Positions 51,968 to 64,000 of a stretch of 64,000 nucleotides of DNA are shown here, piece by piece. The stretch spans positions 1,364,001 through 1,428,000 of the forward strand of contig JBHGNT010000010.1 in NCBI GenBank assembly GCA_043228905.1, in the 5' to 3' direction. The stretch's first letter is position 1. Every line of letters begins with the position of its first letter. The stretch comes from Azolla caroliniana. Lineage: Eukaryota; Plantae; Polypodiophyta. The notes beneath the pieces were generated by a model that did not search any database, was not told where the DNA came from, and worked only from the letters and a program-made list of their open reading frames with translations. A program made the position numbers and the translations under genes.

Positions 51968-52554
51968 GGAGAAAATCCACCATTTCATAAAGTTGGAAAG
52001 TCGCCACATTTAGGCTCTAATCCAAAAGTTACAAAGTTTATTTTCTCGGAAAAAAAAACAAATAATGTATTTTATAACAATCAATCTTCATACGAAGTGA
52101 CATATTTCCAAACATAACCTTTATGTCATTCAAGTATTACAAGCTGTGATTTTATTGCAATTTGATACCAAAATTACATTCAAGAGTTTAGGATTTACAG
52201 AAATCACTCCTTTCATGATCAAGAATCGCTACTATAACTAATATACAAGGTTGATTGTTCCTCGTCATCTTCAAAGGTACCTATCAAAGCATTGTCCTCA
52301 TGTAAAACCAAATGGTGTGATTCCAAATTATGTGTTGAGGATCTTGTTCTCCTTCGACTTGAGACCCGCTGTAGAATCAATAATTTCTCCTTTATTATAT
52401 CTATTGTTGACTTCCTCAAATGTCCAGCTTTTGCTTGAGCAAAGTCGTAAACAATAATATCCACCTACCTAATGTCACGGCATGATGTGTTAGGAATGTT
52501 TCTTTTACTCTTTCTATTTCCCCTTGACCTTGGACATTCCATCATCTCTAACGC
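51968..52554 (-). mobile_element. Fragment of the Sola-like element: subterminal sequence plus transposase 3' end
   Basis: ORF 52219-52464 is clearly homologous to 831-1079 (LRKSTIDIIK, NLESHHLV, ALIG, YISYSS). It begins with GGAGAAAATCCACCATTT as at 699. Confidence 0.85.
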
Positions 52555-53301
52555 TGTCGTGAAGATTTTCGGCAACAATGTGAAAATCGCGTTGAGCAGA
52601 CATAATCGAGAAGGTGCAATGTGCACACATGTGAAAGGGGTGATGGTTACACGTGTACACTAGTATGTTGTAAATAGGAGCTAAATGAGAATCGTAAAAG
52701 AACGGCTAGATGTAAGGTTAAACATGTGCACCTATGATGTGGACTTACTTGCACATTACACAAACACTTGTAAATATGAAAGTATTCATGCCTAGGGCCT
52801 AGTGGCATTTTTGTGTATAGAGAGGGGTGCAAGTAGAGTTTTGAATCTTGCACCTCAAAGATAGGAAACATTTGACTTACCATTAGGGCCACTATCAAGT
52901 GCTTTAAATTTTATGTGTTTTCTTTTCATATTCAAATTACATAGAAAACAACCATACAAAACCGTGTGCAGCAAGCCATGGTTCTAAGCCCATGGTTTTG
53001 TGCATGCCACAAGGAAAACCGTGCGCACGTTTTGTGCATGTTAGAAGCATGGACAGATCTATAAAAACCCCTAGTAGGGCTTGTGTAAGGGGGGCTCAAT
53101 TTGGAGATAATCATCATCAATAATATTATAATACTTTTCTTATTCTTCGTCTCATCTAACTTCTTCTCACGACTTGAACAAATTTAATCCAATCTTACAT
53201 TCATCGCCGTCTTTTCGCTAATTTCACAAACGTCCTCCTTGGTCCAAGACCTCGGTGGTCCCGCTTGAGCGAAGCACGCACGAACGTGAATTTTCATGAC
53301 A
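52555..53301 (+). mobile_element. LTR (family B)
   Basis: TGTCGTGAAGATTTT...TTTTCATGACA. No matching TSD. Confidence 0.75.
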
Positions 53302-53308
53302 TGCACGT

Positions 53309-53950
53309 TGTCGTGAAGATTTTTAAGCAAAGGTGTGAAAATCGCATGGAACGGAGAAAATTGAGAAGGTGCAATGTGCACATGAATGAATGGGACAATG
53401 GTTACACTTGTACATTAGCATGTTGTAAATATGAAAGAAATGAGCACCCCTAAGGCCTAGTAGCATTTTCGTGCATACCAAAGGGTGCAAGTAAGGTTTG
53501 AACCTTGCACCTCCAAGTTAAGACACAATTGACTTAACATTAGGCTAAGTCGTTACTTGTTGTACTTTCATCATTATATTTTTCACATGTAAATGCTCAT
53601 ACATGAGAGCTTGAATGAGTGACATGCTCATCATGCATCACATGCAATGCATGAGCACCAAATGGCAATCATGCATTGCATGCATCTCATGCATTGTATG
53701 CATGTCTTACACCCTCACATGCATCATATGCATGGGGGCATCAATATAAGAAAGGAAGGAAGGGAAAAGGGGCTAGGATCAATCTACGCATCAATCAAGC
53801 TATGTATTGAATCAACATCTTAATATTAAAAGACCTACTTATCTTATTGGTGACTTGTCTTGTTTCTCAACATTGATGTCAAGGGTTCAAACCCGGAATT
53901 GGAATTTCCATCCATCTATATATCTATCTTAAACACTTCCTCAATCTCCG
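53309..53950 (+). mobile_element. LTR (family B), 3'-truncated by a LINE
   Basis: TGTCGTGAAGATTTT start. Homologous to 43075-43188 plus 49245-49750. Confidence 0.75.
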
Positions 53951-53971
53951 TCTCTCTCTCTCTCTCTCTCT

Positions 53972-55690
53972 CGTTTCACTCCAGACATAATTGTTTACAT
54001 TCTATAGCTCATTGGAAAGCTCTTTTAGAGAGCTTTCTAAGGAATGTTCATTTACTGAATTCCGTTACCGTGGCGAGAAGTTATGAGCATTTTCGTCCGC
54101 ATCCATCTTTGCCCCACGGCTCCTCAAACGCAAGGTAGATTTTGAAGCCCTAAATCAAGTAAAGGTACATTCTCTCTCTCCCTCTCTCTCTTCTTGTAGG
54201 GTTTGGTCCTACAACGACACACACTCGTAAGGCCTCCTCAAAGTTCGGGAGTATGATTGATAATGAACCAAAATCACCAACAAATGTTGATTCCAATGTA
54301 ATAAACACAATGGACAAAATGCTTATGAGTCACTTGATTTCTCTTCAAGAAACCATAAACAAGCAAGGTGAAGAGATTAGGATGTTAATGAAAGAGAATG
54401 CTAAGATCCAAACTATTGCAATTGAGAATGAAATTCTTAAGAAAGTGGTTGCAAAACTTGAAGAAGAGATTTAGGAATGTAAAAGAGCTTCTTTCGAAAC
54501 AAATGAGCGCCTTAATAAGATTGAGTTAAAGGAAGCATTAAAAGAATAAAAATTAGACACGATGAGGTGGGATGTAAGTGAGATGAAAAATGTATGTACA
54601 ACGAAATCATGGGCCGATGTATGTGGTGGGGATGGGGTATCAAACTCATCTAATATGCATGTGATGCATCAAGAGAAGAATATAGAAAGCATAGATGCCC
54701 AAGAATTGAAAGAGCGTGAACGAAGATCAAAGAACATTGTTATCCGTGGGATTAAAGAGGAGAGTATGGAAACACCTGCTTCCCTTGGAAAGGCCATTGG
54801 TGATTTTTTTAGCATGCATTATGGGATGTCGGATGTGAATGTATATGGGGCACACCGAGTTGGGAAACATAGTGTTACTCGCTCTGGAAAAAGGCCCATT
54901 GTATGCACAATGACGGATGATACAAAGCAGCAGATCATAGTCGAAAATAGTTGGGTATACCTCAAAGGTACGCAATGCTTTGTGAGTGAAGATCGTACTA
55001 TCTCACAACAAAATGCTTGTTGTAAAGCATATGAAGAAAGATTAAAAAATAAGGTTAAGGATGTGCTTAAATATGGAAATGTAGGCAAATAGGGACACAT
55101 GAGCTATGAGACTAAACCACGTCTTTTACGACTATGTTTTTGGAATTGCAATGGATACCCATGGAATGCGGGATTCGTCATAGAGGAGTTCATCGATGAC
55201 TCGGATATCACACTTCTTGTTGAAACATGGGAGCATGATACTCAAAGGATTCAAGGTTTAGGAAACTATAATGTACACTCTTTGATATGGGAGAAAAATT
55301 CAAGACAAAGAAGAGGACAAGGAGGGGTGGCATGTTTGATTAAGAAGGAAATAGAGAAATACGTGTCAATCATTAAAAATGATGAACATAAATGCTACAT
55401 ATGGCTCAAAATAGAAACACCTAATGATTTGCCCACTTTTGTCGTTGAATGTTACATTCCTCATCAAGATTCTAACTTCTATGGTTGTTTGGATAAAGAT
55501 CAACCTTTTGCGAATCTAGAAGATGATATTGCTTATTTCAAATCCAAAGGGGAAGTTATTGTCTTTGGTGACATGAATGCTCGTACAAGAAGTTTCCAAC
55601 TTGATTCACAAGAATCTTTCATGCCACATATCTCAAGGATGCAAGAGGATATGCAAATGTATAGTCGATCTTCTAGCGATGAAAAAGATC
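53972..55690 (+). mobile_element. 5' half of a non-L1 LINE: ORF1 (coiled coil + RRM-like) and APE endonuclease
   Basis: ERRSKNIVIRGIKE..AHRVGK..RPIV..VSEDRT; CFWNCNG, LVETW, GGVACLIK, YIPH, FGDMNART. Starts right after a (TC)n tract. Confidence 0.85.
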
Positions 55691-58597
55691 CGGTTAGCGA
55701 GGCCGAGATGCCTCCAGATGAGCCTGAAATCGGGCCCCACGAAGAGAGTCCGGTTTCATTTCGATTAAGCGGACCGAATGAATGACTGAGTCGGTTCGAC
55801 CAGTCCGATGAAGAGTCAGCGAGTAGTGGAGACTCGGCCGTGCATTCCCTGCGTAGGAAGCTGAGGAGACGACTTACGCGCAAAGAAAAAGGGAAGAAGA
55901 AGGTGTCGGATTACGGCACGGATAGGAACGAGTCGGATCTACGCGAGTCCGACTCCGAGGGAAGTGATGACGGGCCTTCGAGAGCAAAGTTTGCATCGGC
56001 TAAGAAAGCCTCAACATTGGCTAAGAAAGCCTCAACATCGGCTAATGAGCAATTACGTTGATCAACCCGCTAGAAGAACCCAGTTGTGTGGTTCGGTTAT
56101 AATGAGTACATGGCGCATGACTATGCGTACATGACTCGTGTTGCGGATGTGCGTGAGCCAGAGAGCTATGCAGAAGCGGCGAAGGATGCGAATTGGTGCG
56201 CCGCAATGGAGGAAGAGATAGGCACATTAGCGGAAAATGAAACCTGGGACCTGGTTGACGCACCGAAGGGTGTGAAGCCGATTGAATGCAGGTGGGTGTA
56301 CAAGGTCAAGTACAACACCGACGACTCGGTCAACCGATACAAGGCCTGATGAGTAGTGAAAGGCTACGCGCAAAAACACGACATCAACTACGATGAGACG
56401 ATTGCGACGGTCGCGAAGATGACAATCGTCCGTGTTTTGCTCGCGGTAGCTGCTGCAAAGGGTTGGCACTTACATCAGATGGATGTAAAGAATGCATTCT
56501 TGCAAGGTGAGCTTGAGGAATAGGTGTACATGGTCCAGCCCCCCGGATTTCACTCTGGAACGAACACCTCGGCGGTGTGTTGATTGAAGAAGTCCCTTTA
56601 CGGCCTGAAGCAAGCCCCACGTGCCTAGAATGCGAAAATCACGCAGCAACTGCGTCAGATGGGCTTTGCGACGTCGAAATCAGACTCCTCACTATTCATC
56701 CGGAAAGGTCGACTCGGGCCGGTTAGTATTCTACTTTATGTTGATGACTTGGTCATCACTAGCGCCGACCTAAATGACATCAATCGCGTGAAGCTCCAAC
56801 TTGCAGCATCATTCGACATTACTTCCTCGGGATCGAAGTGATTCGCACCCCCGAAGGCATACTGATTAGCCAATGACATTACGTGCTGAGTATGCGCTTC
56901 AAATTCGGGATGGCAGACTGTAAGTCTGTCTCGAATCCTTTGGATAGAACCATCAAGCTTCGCCCCGACTCCGGAAAGGTATGCGACCCGACGAGGTTCC
57001 GACAGATCGTCGGAAGCCTTATATACTTGACCATCACTCGACCAAATCTCAGCTACCCAGTCGGGGTGATTAGTCACCGAGGAGCACCTTTAGTGCGCGC
57101 AACGCGTACTCCAGTATGTCAGTGGCACTAAGGACAAGGGGCTACCATATCGGTTCGGTACAACCCTGCAGTTGATCGGATACACCGATGCCGACTGGGC
57201 CAACAACGTCACCGATCACCGATCCACGTCCGGCTTTGCGTTTTCTCTTGGGAGTGCCGCAATCGCGTGGAGTAGAAAGAAGCAGCTGACAGTTGCGCTG
57301 TCGAGCACCGAAGCCATATGGTTGAAGCGGCTACTTAAGGATCTGCAGGTAGAGGTGTCCGATCCAACGACTATCTACTACGACAACCTCAGCAGCATCC
57401 AGCTCGCCAAGAACCCCGTTTTCCACGCCCAGACTAAGCACATTGAGGTGCACTACCATTTTGTCCGTGAGCGTGTTCTCTCTGATGAAGTCGAACTTCA
57501 GTATGTTCCGACGGATCGGCAGGCCGCCAACATCTTCACCAAGCATCTTGGTCTGGACAAGTTGCGGCAATTCTCGGGTGCGCTTGGGTTGTGTCACCTC
57601 GATGTGCCGAACTTGAGGGGGAGAGACGTCCCGAATGACCACGGAAGAGGGAGAGAAGTTCCGGAAGACGAAGACCGTGACGTTGAGTTGGATGACTAAT
57701 TCGATTTTGGATTGGCTGAAGAAGCCGAGGGCGGATCCGCGGAAAAGTTCGAAAGCGGACATAAGGGGAGCAGTCGAAAGGAAGAGCCGAAGCCAACCAA
57801 GTGTTGGGGAGACAAAGCCATCAAGCGAGAGAAGATTGAAGACGAGTTGGAGACAGTCAACTCGGCCGAGAGCGAAAACCGATCGGAGGAAGCCGAGTTG
57901 GTTTGGATGTTTGATTCGGATACACTGAATCAACCAAGGGCCAAGCGGAAGAGAATGCAACAGAAGAGGCGCCAACACCGCAACAACAAGGAAGCTGAGA
58001 AGGGCCGTGTGAGCAGATAAACCGACCGGAAGGGTTGAGGCGCGCGGAATTGAACGGGTCAAGAGCGCGAGCGAGGTGTGAAGCCAAGAGGAACCGAAGC
58101 ACAGATCCGGAAGAGCAGATGGAACCTCAAGTTGAGCTTGAGGGGAAGTTTTGAGATACAAGCTCAACATTGGCCAGATCGACTGTGCAAGCCGAGAACT
58201 GGATTGGTTGGGACCGATCGGTTAGGCTGGACCGGTGCGTAAAATGGATGCGTAAACCGGTATGCAAACCGGTGCGTAACGAGAGGCCGTATCGGTGTGT
58301 AAACCGAAAGGCCATTGGAGAGATATTCCTTTTAAGGAATAATTTTGGGAGTGAGTGATGAGGCTCATTTATGAACAATCAAGTACTTTCAGTAATTGTG
58401 TCAGCCCGATTGTCAGGGCTTGTATAAAAGGTGCTCACTGAGCACGATGTATGTACAGAGTTAGTATTTTTGAATTGAGGTTTCTATGTGTTCTCTATCT
58501 GTCTCTCCCGCGTACTGTGTATATTCAATCTTTCCGTTAAACCCGCGTGTTTTTTGTGTGTTTGGTTTCCTATTGCTTCCGCACATAATCTTTTACA
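55690..58597 (+). mobile_element. 3' half of a Ty1/copia element (RT, RNase H, 3' LTR 58149-58597)
   Basis: EPESYAEA, LLYVDD, YTDADW, TKHIEVHYHF, purine tract ending 58148. The LTR is similar to 37636-38050. Confidence 0.92.
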
Positions 58598-61500
58598 CAT
58601 AAGAAAAGTACACCATACTACCCGCGGGCAAACGGATTGGCAGAATCGACTAACAAAACTCTCCAAACAATCCTAAAGAAGATCGTCAACGAGAACCGCA
58701 TCGATTGGGATGACAAGCTCCAAAAAGCGTTATGGGCTTATCGCACTACATTCAAAACGAGCATTCAATCCACCCCCTTTCGGATGGCTTTTGGTCTCGA
58801 GGCCGTTATGCCCATTGAGTTCCAAGTTCCGAGTCTCCGAGTTCAAGTTAAAGCACGGCTCCCCAAAGCCCAATCCGAACAATTGAGGCTAGAACAACTT
58901 CTCGAACTTGGCGACGATCGAGTAGCGAGCATGGCCCAACTTGAACAGCGCCAATGACAACGGAAAGCCTTTCTGGACCGACATCGGAAGGGATTGGAAC
59001 AAGAGCTAACCATAGGCAAACCGGTCCTCGTTTTCCAGACGTGACTCGGTGCTATGCCAGGAAAGTTACGATTTCGATGGACCGGCCCCTTCTGGATTAT
59101 TGACGAGTTTAATGGCACGTTCCAGCTCGGCACCCTCGTCGGGGAAATTGTCAAAAGCTGGGTGAATGGATTCCGACTGCAACCGTACTAGGGAAATACC
59201 CCAGCCAACCCTTTCCTTGAGTCTCACGCCACGGACAATGCCACGAAGGGGGGCACGCGTCCCCCTCGGTAAGAACCCACCAACATTCCAAAGTAGAGAT
59301 TAGGTAGGATTAGGCATAGTTTTAGCAATTAGTTAGTTCCACCTACACCACCTATCACATCACCCAAATCATGTCATGTTTAGAGGCCCACATTAGTCAC
59401 TTTCACATTCCCTTAAGTATTTGAAGGCACATGCACAACATCCAAGGCAAAGCACTAACTCCCTAGGACACGTGGCCATAATATCCTATTATGGGATCCA
59501 CGCCCAAGAATCTCCAGGCTCCTCTTCATGCAGAAAATCCTAGGCGCTCGCTAAAAAACAGTTACCCCAAGCCCACTTGACACATAGACGTTTTCTTGCA
59601 CACCCAGCTTTCATCGCTCCCATGCTCTCAAGCCTCGTCTCGCTCTCAGCGCTTTCATCGCTCCCACCGCTCTTGCTCACAATCCCTCTCTTGTCCTCGT
59701 AGCCCCTCTGCCGCACCACAACCATCTCCTTCCCTCACTCTGTCTCGGCCTGGTCGAATCCTCCTTCCCCAATCTTCCACACAGCAAAACCCCGAGTCCA
59801 TTATGCCTCTTGGAGCTTCACAGGAAACCCGCTCTTGGCTTCAGGAACGAGGATTGGGTGGTTATTTAAAGGTGATCGATGCCCCTGCACACCCTGATGC
59901 CCAAGCAATCGCACGTTGACTTCACCCGGACACAGTCACCAACAATATGATTCGTGTTGCCTTGGACCTGATGGGAGGACGTGATCATGAAGTTGAGATT
60001 CCCCCTTCCACGACCCTGAAGGAATACTTTGGTGCGTATTCCATATCTGGTAAAGCCTATCGCACCTACGGTGGATCCAACAAGGCATTTGGAGAACTCG
60101 CTCACATCCTGATGGAGTACGCGTTCGTGCATACCAACCCTACAAGTATGCCATAGAGCAAAGCGGCGATCATTATCAGTGCCTACGAGGGAAACAAAAT
60201 CGATTGGGGAATAATCACAGGCGAAGGAATCCGTGCGGCGCTCGAATCCTTCCAAACCGGTAAGCGTTTGTTGCTTGTGATCAATCACTTCCTTACAGTC
60301 CTCTACCCACCTCCTTCGGTTTCCCCTCGTCGCATCCTGACCTCTCCACCACCACCAAGGAAACAACGAGAGAAGATGTTGGAGATAAGCCAGGAAGAAT
60401 CAAAAGACCCCTCGTCTTCTCCACCTCCCTCAGGCGCTTGGAACCCCGCTTCTGCCTCGGCCCCACCCCCACCAAAAACACAAAAACAACGGGCGGTAAC
60501 AACAACCCGTGTTGAATGGGATGAGGCCGAGGAAGCCATCCCCAAGGATGTCACCATACGCCAGAGGCCACCACGGAAATCCATGACCTCTCCACAACCG
60601 AGCCCACGGCCCACAAGCCAGCAGCCCTCGGCCATATGACAACAAAAGAGGAAACATGCCGAGGAGCCAACACCACCGGCCCCGGACGCACATGATCATC
60701 CGCCAAAAAGACAATCATTCGAGAGGCAACCACAGAAACCGAGGCGACCAGTGTCAGAAATCAAAAGAGGCCAGCCCCACCTCCATGGACATAGTACCAA
60801 CAAAGTCATGGCTCCAAGTCGGTACAATTGAGCATGGACAAACCACGTAGATATGAAAGGAGGAAGTCTTCGGTTACAAAGATCTCCCCGCGGAAGCATA
60901 CGAGTTCAGTGCACTACTTTGACTGGGCACAACGTACGAGTTAATGGATTTCCTCGCGCGCGCCCAAGTGGCTGCTACCGCTCAATTCGGCCGAGGAGCA
61001 CGCCGAAACAAAGATGAGTCAATGTGCTCTAATGGGTGAAATTGAACCTCACGAGGATCGAACCTTACAGAAGATAGGATGGAAGAAGCAAGTACAGAAT
61101 GCTTCACTCATGGAACTACCGGATTTGAACATGGCCTTAGTCGAGGCATATCGCAATCTACACCACACTACTCGGCCAGCCAAGGACATGGCCCGACGTA
61201 TCAAAACGGCACATCAACAAGCCAAATGGGCTACCGACCTATGACAAGCTGCAGAGGAGAAATTGGCGACATTCACGCAACAACAACCGACCTTAATCCT
61301 CCCTGCGCCGAGTGATGCTGTCTCACCAGCCACTCTTCCGAACCCGAGCCCGAGTGCTAAAGGTACCGTCACACACAAAGACGACACCGCCCACCCCAAG
61401 GTAGCCACGGCCGAGGCCAACACAATCAATGACGGACTCAGTACAGACAAGTGAGCCATCAGCACGGGCAGATTTCAGCCCACACCCCCAAACCAGCCAA

Positions 61501-63459
61501 GCCTCCACGTAAACGCCACTACCTTCGGTCGTCATGGAATGAGCGACACAGACAGACAGGGAGTCCTCGGCCCAAATCCAGCAAGGAACAACCCCAATAG
61601 GGCCTCCCCTTAGGGACTACCAGGAGGAGCTTCAGGCCCAAATCGCTCTGGCCGAGTTGGCAGAATAGAACTTCAACAACATTCTTGGCCAGCTACAGGA
61701 ACAAGCCGCGAGCTGCGAAGCGAACCTCAAGTGACTGCTTGCTGAAAAATCGGCCGCGCTTGAAGCACGAGAACGAGAGATGATGACCCTCCAAGTCTCG
61801 ATCACTGAGGCTAAAGAACGTTTCATCAAAGAAACCGAGCGGAATAGCCAACGGGAACAAGAGCTCTTCACAGACAACCAGGAATTACGATGTCATCAAA
61901 GAGCCTTCCAGGACATGGCCAACGAACATATGCAAAAGTGGAGGATCTCGAAGGAGCAACGAGCAAAAATTTCCGATGCATATCACCAGTTGCAATCCGA
62001 GCACATCGCCATCAAAGAATATCACCGGGACACTTGGCGACAGGAAAGGGACAAAACTGTAGCTTAGCTCACCAACTGTTATGAGCAGACCATCGCGCTC
62101 ATCACTGAAAAAGCAAAAGATAATCAAGCTACTTTAGCACTCTTCGCCCGCAAAAGCCAAGCAGAAGCCAAGGTCGCAAGGGAGGCACTGGAGGTTCACT
62201 GCGCAAGCATCGGCATGAACGATACCAAAATCAAGACCCTAATCCACAAGTATCGCTAACAATTCAACATGAAGATCAAAGAAACGCTTCACCATGTCTA
62301 GCAGGGGTGGTCAGCCCAAGCCGTGGACCTACACATACTACGCGCGGATGCCGAGAACCGACGGAAGGAGGGCCGAGGGTTTTACAAGATGGATGACACC
62401 AACATCCAGACCCTTCGTGAAGACTTAATGGAAGAATATCATACCTTGGCAACATCCCACACCGTAGCCATCGAGCAACTCTTGGAGGAATTCAACGATG
62501 ATCTAATGGTGTTTCGTTTAGAACCCGAAGCATACGAGAAGGAATGACTCGCTACCGGGAGTCACAGAGCTCCCACAAACACCGAGCAAGGACTAAGTCA
62601 CTCCCCATGGTAGCTTGACCGGAAGAACCTGCCCCTACCGACCTCCACATCCCAACCGAGCCACTCACCACTGCATTTAGATTGGAGGAACCTGCCCCTA
62701 CAGACCCCCACATCCCACCGGAGCCACAGACTATAACCCCGACCCTGCCTGAATCGGTCCCAATAGAGGAGGGCACACACAACGACACCACCATCCCCAA
62801 CTCGGCAACACAACCTCCATCACCAAACCCACCTGCCGAGCAGCCAGCCCAACCCCACGCTCCCGAGGATATCCTTGGCATATTGGAAGAGGAATAAAAC
62901 CAACCTATAAGCCCTCGTAGCAACGGGCAATTTTTGAAATTCGTGTTGTTTTGCCAAATCCATGATGAATCGTGGGTCGAACGGACAAAGTCCTATCCCA
63001 CGGGCGTGCTAGGTGTTGTCCATAGGCCAAAAATATAAATTAGTTAAATTTAATAGGCCGGTAGGTAAAGTGAGTAGGTAGAGTTAGGTAAACGCCGAGT
63101 TTCGAGCCTCACAATCAGCCGACCGCTCGACTCTATATGAAGGAAAAGTATATAAACCGAGGTTTGCGTACCTTAGCAGGAGAGAGACATCTAGAGCCTA
63201 GGCGAGGTCGTTTCATAGTATAAGAGCTTTGTAAGGTCACCGGCTGTGGGTTGTGTTTTTGTAATCATCGCTAATTGTTTGTAGTAATACATATCTATTA
63301 GCTCTTGTTGTTTTCATCTGTGCGCCGTCGTTTCTAAGGTCTCAACTACGTATATGACCCGGGCTCTATTCCGGGTATGTTGTTCGTTTTCTTCCCCTAA
63401 CGACGCCTCCGTGCACAAGTCTTCACGTTACACTTCCCTTGATATTGATAGCTTGTAGG
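58598..63459 (+). mobile_element. 3' part of a Ty3/gypsy (Athila/Tat-like) element: integrase C-terminus, long extra ORF, probable LTR
   Basis: HKKSTPYYPRANGLAESTNK..ALWAYRT..TPFRMAFG..KLRFRWTGPF (GPF/GPY motif). The LTR boundary near 63000 was not resolved. Confidence 0.8.
59803..62897 (+). pseudogene. Extra sense ORF of the gypsy element (about 1000 codons, disrupted): globular N-terminus, Pro/Ser-rich linker, coiled coil, Pro-rich tail
   Basis: Run of same-strand ORF pieces with single stops between integrase and LTR. The Q/E/K/A-rich region at about 61600-62300 looks coiled-coil. Confidence 0.6.
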
Positions 63460-64000
63460 TGTTGGGACACAGGTCCCTCCGGATGGGAAGGGAGAAGAAC
63501 AGTGCTGAAACCGTATGACGAGTACCCGGCTACGGAGAGCCGGATGGTACAGACCCGGTGAGCACCGGATGAGGAGTACCCGGCTACGGAGAGCCAGATG
63601 GTGCAGACCCGGTGAGAACCGGATGAGGAGTACCCGGCTACAGAGAGCCAGATGGTGCAGACCCGGTGAGAACCGGATGAGGAGTACCCGGCTACGGAGA
63701 GCCGGATGGTGCAGACCCGGTGAGGAGTGCTCACCGGATGAAGAGACATATTCGTAAATATGTTTCTGAGAGTCCATCAAGGCTATATTTGTAAATAACC
63801 AAAAAGTCATATTAGTATAAATATGACTTAGGACAAACTTATAGTGTAATGTTGTTGTGGTTGTTATTCTTGTTGATGCAAGGAGAGAGAGAGCGCGTAA
63901 CTTTGTATAGAGAGTGAGAGAGAGAAAGAGGTCATTGCCTCTATTGTAACCGCCGCCTGTGGCGAGGATCGTGAGCACGAGGTCGTTGCCTCCGTGAACT
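63460..64000 (+). mobile_element. LTR (family A), cut by the window edge
   Basis: Starts TGTTGGGA and carries the same 54-bp repeats as 17580-18346. Confidence 0.9.

Noticed and set aside
55099-55785. 228-aa ORF as a novel endonuclease fusion
   Set aside because: Chance in-frame junction between a LINE APE domain and a copia fragment near 55690.
37636-58597. One giant copia spanning the 37636 5' LTR to the 58597 3' LTR
   Set aside because: Flanks differ (CGAAT vs CATAA), the LTRs are diverged, and both parts contain the same RT region.

Overview
This is a plant nuclear window (probably a seed-free plant such as a fern; inference) made almost entirely of nested, decayed transposable elements, with one intact intronless host gene (32201-33799, EPTSP-motif family). 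It contains several Ty1/copia copies (one structurally complete, 43189-49244, TSD CACAT), a Ty3/gypsy 3' half with a long extra ORF, L1 and RTEX-like LINEs, two solo-LTR families, a hAT element with TIRs and an 8-bp TSD (4064-12169), and a fragment of an arabinose-5-phosphate isomerase (SETH3/KdsD-like) gene. The main finding is an intron-containing pseudogene for a ParB-like domain fused to a bacterial/phage-type beta-class amino (N6A/N4C) DNA methyltransferase (about 12680-16140). Once the hAT insertion is removed, this gene sits head-to-head about 1 kb from a Sola-like DDD transposase pseudogene (831-3583). A second, inverted methyltransferase copy (18549-19530) lies beside the same terminal sequence that flanks the transposase (seen at 582-765, 19745-19929 and 51968). 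Together these point to a family of cut-and-paste DNA transposons carrying their own DNA methyltransferase. All copies here are disrupted. Family assignments come from motifs recognised by eye and need HMM confirmation.
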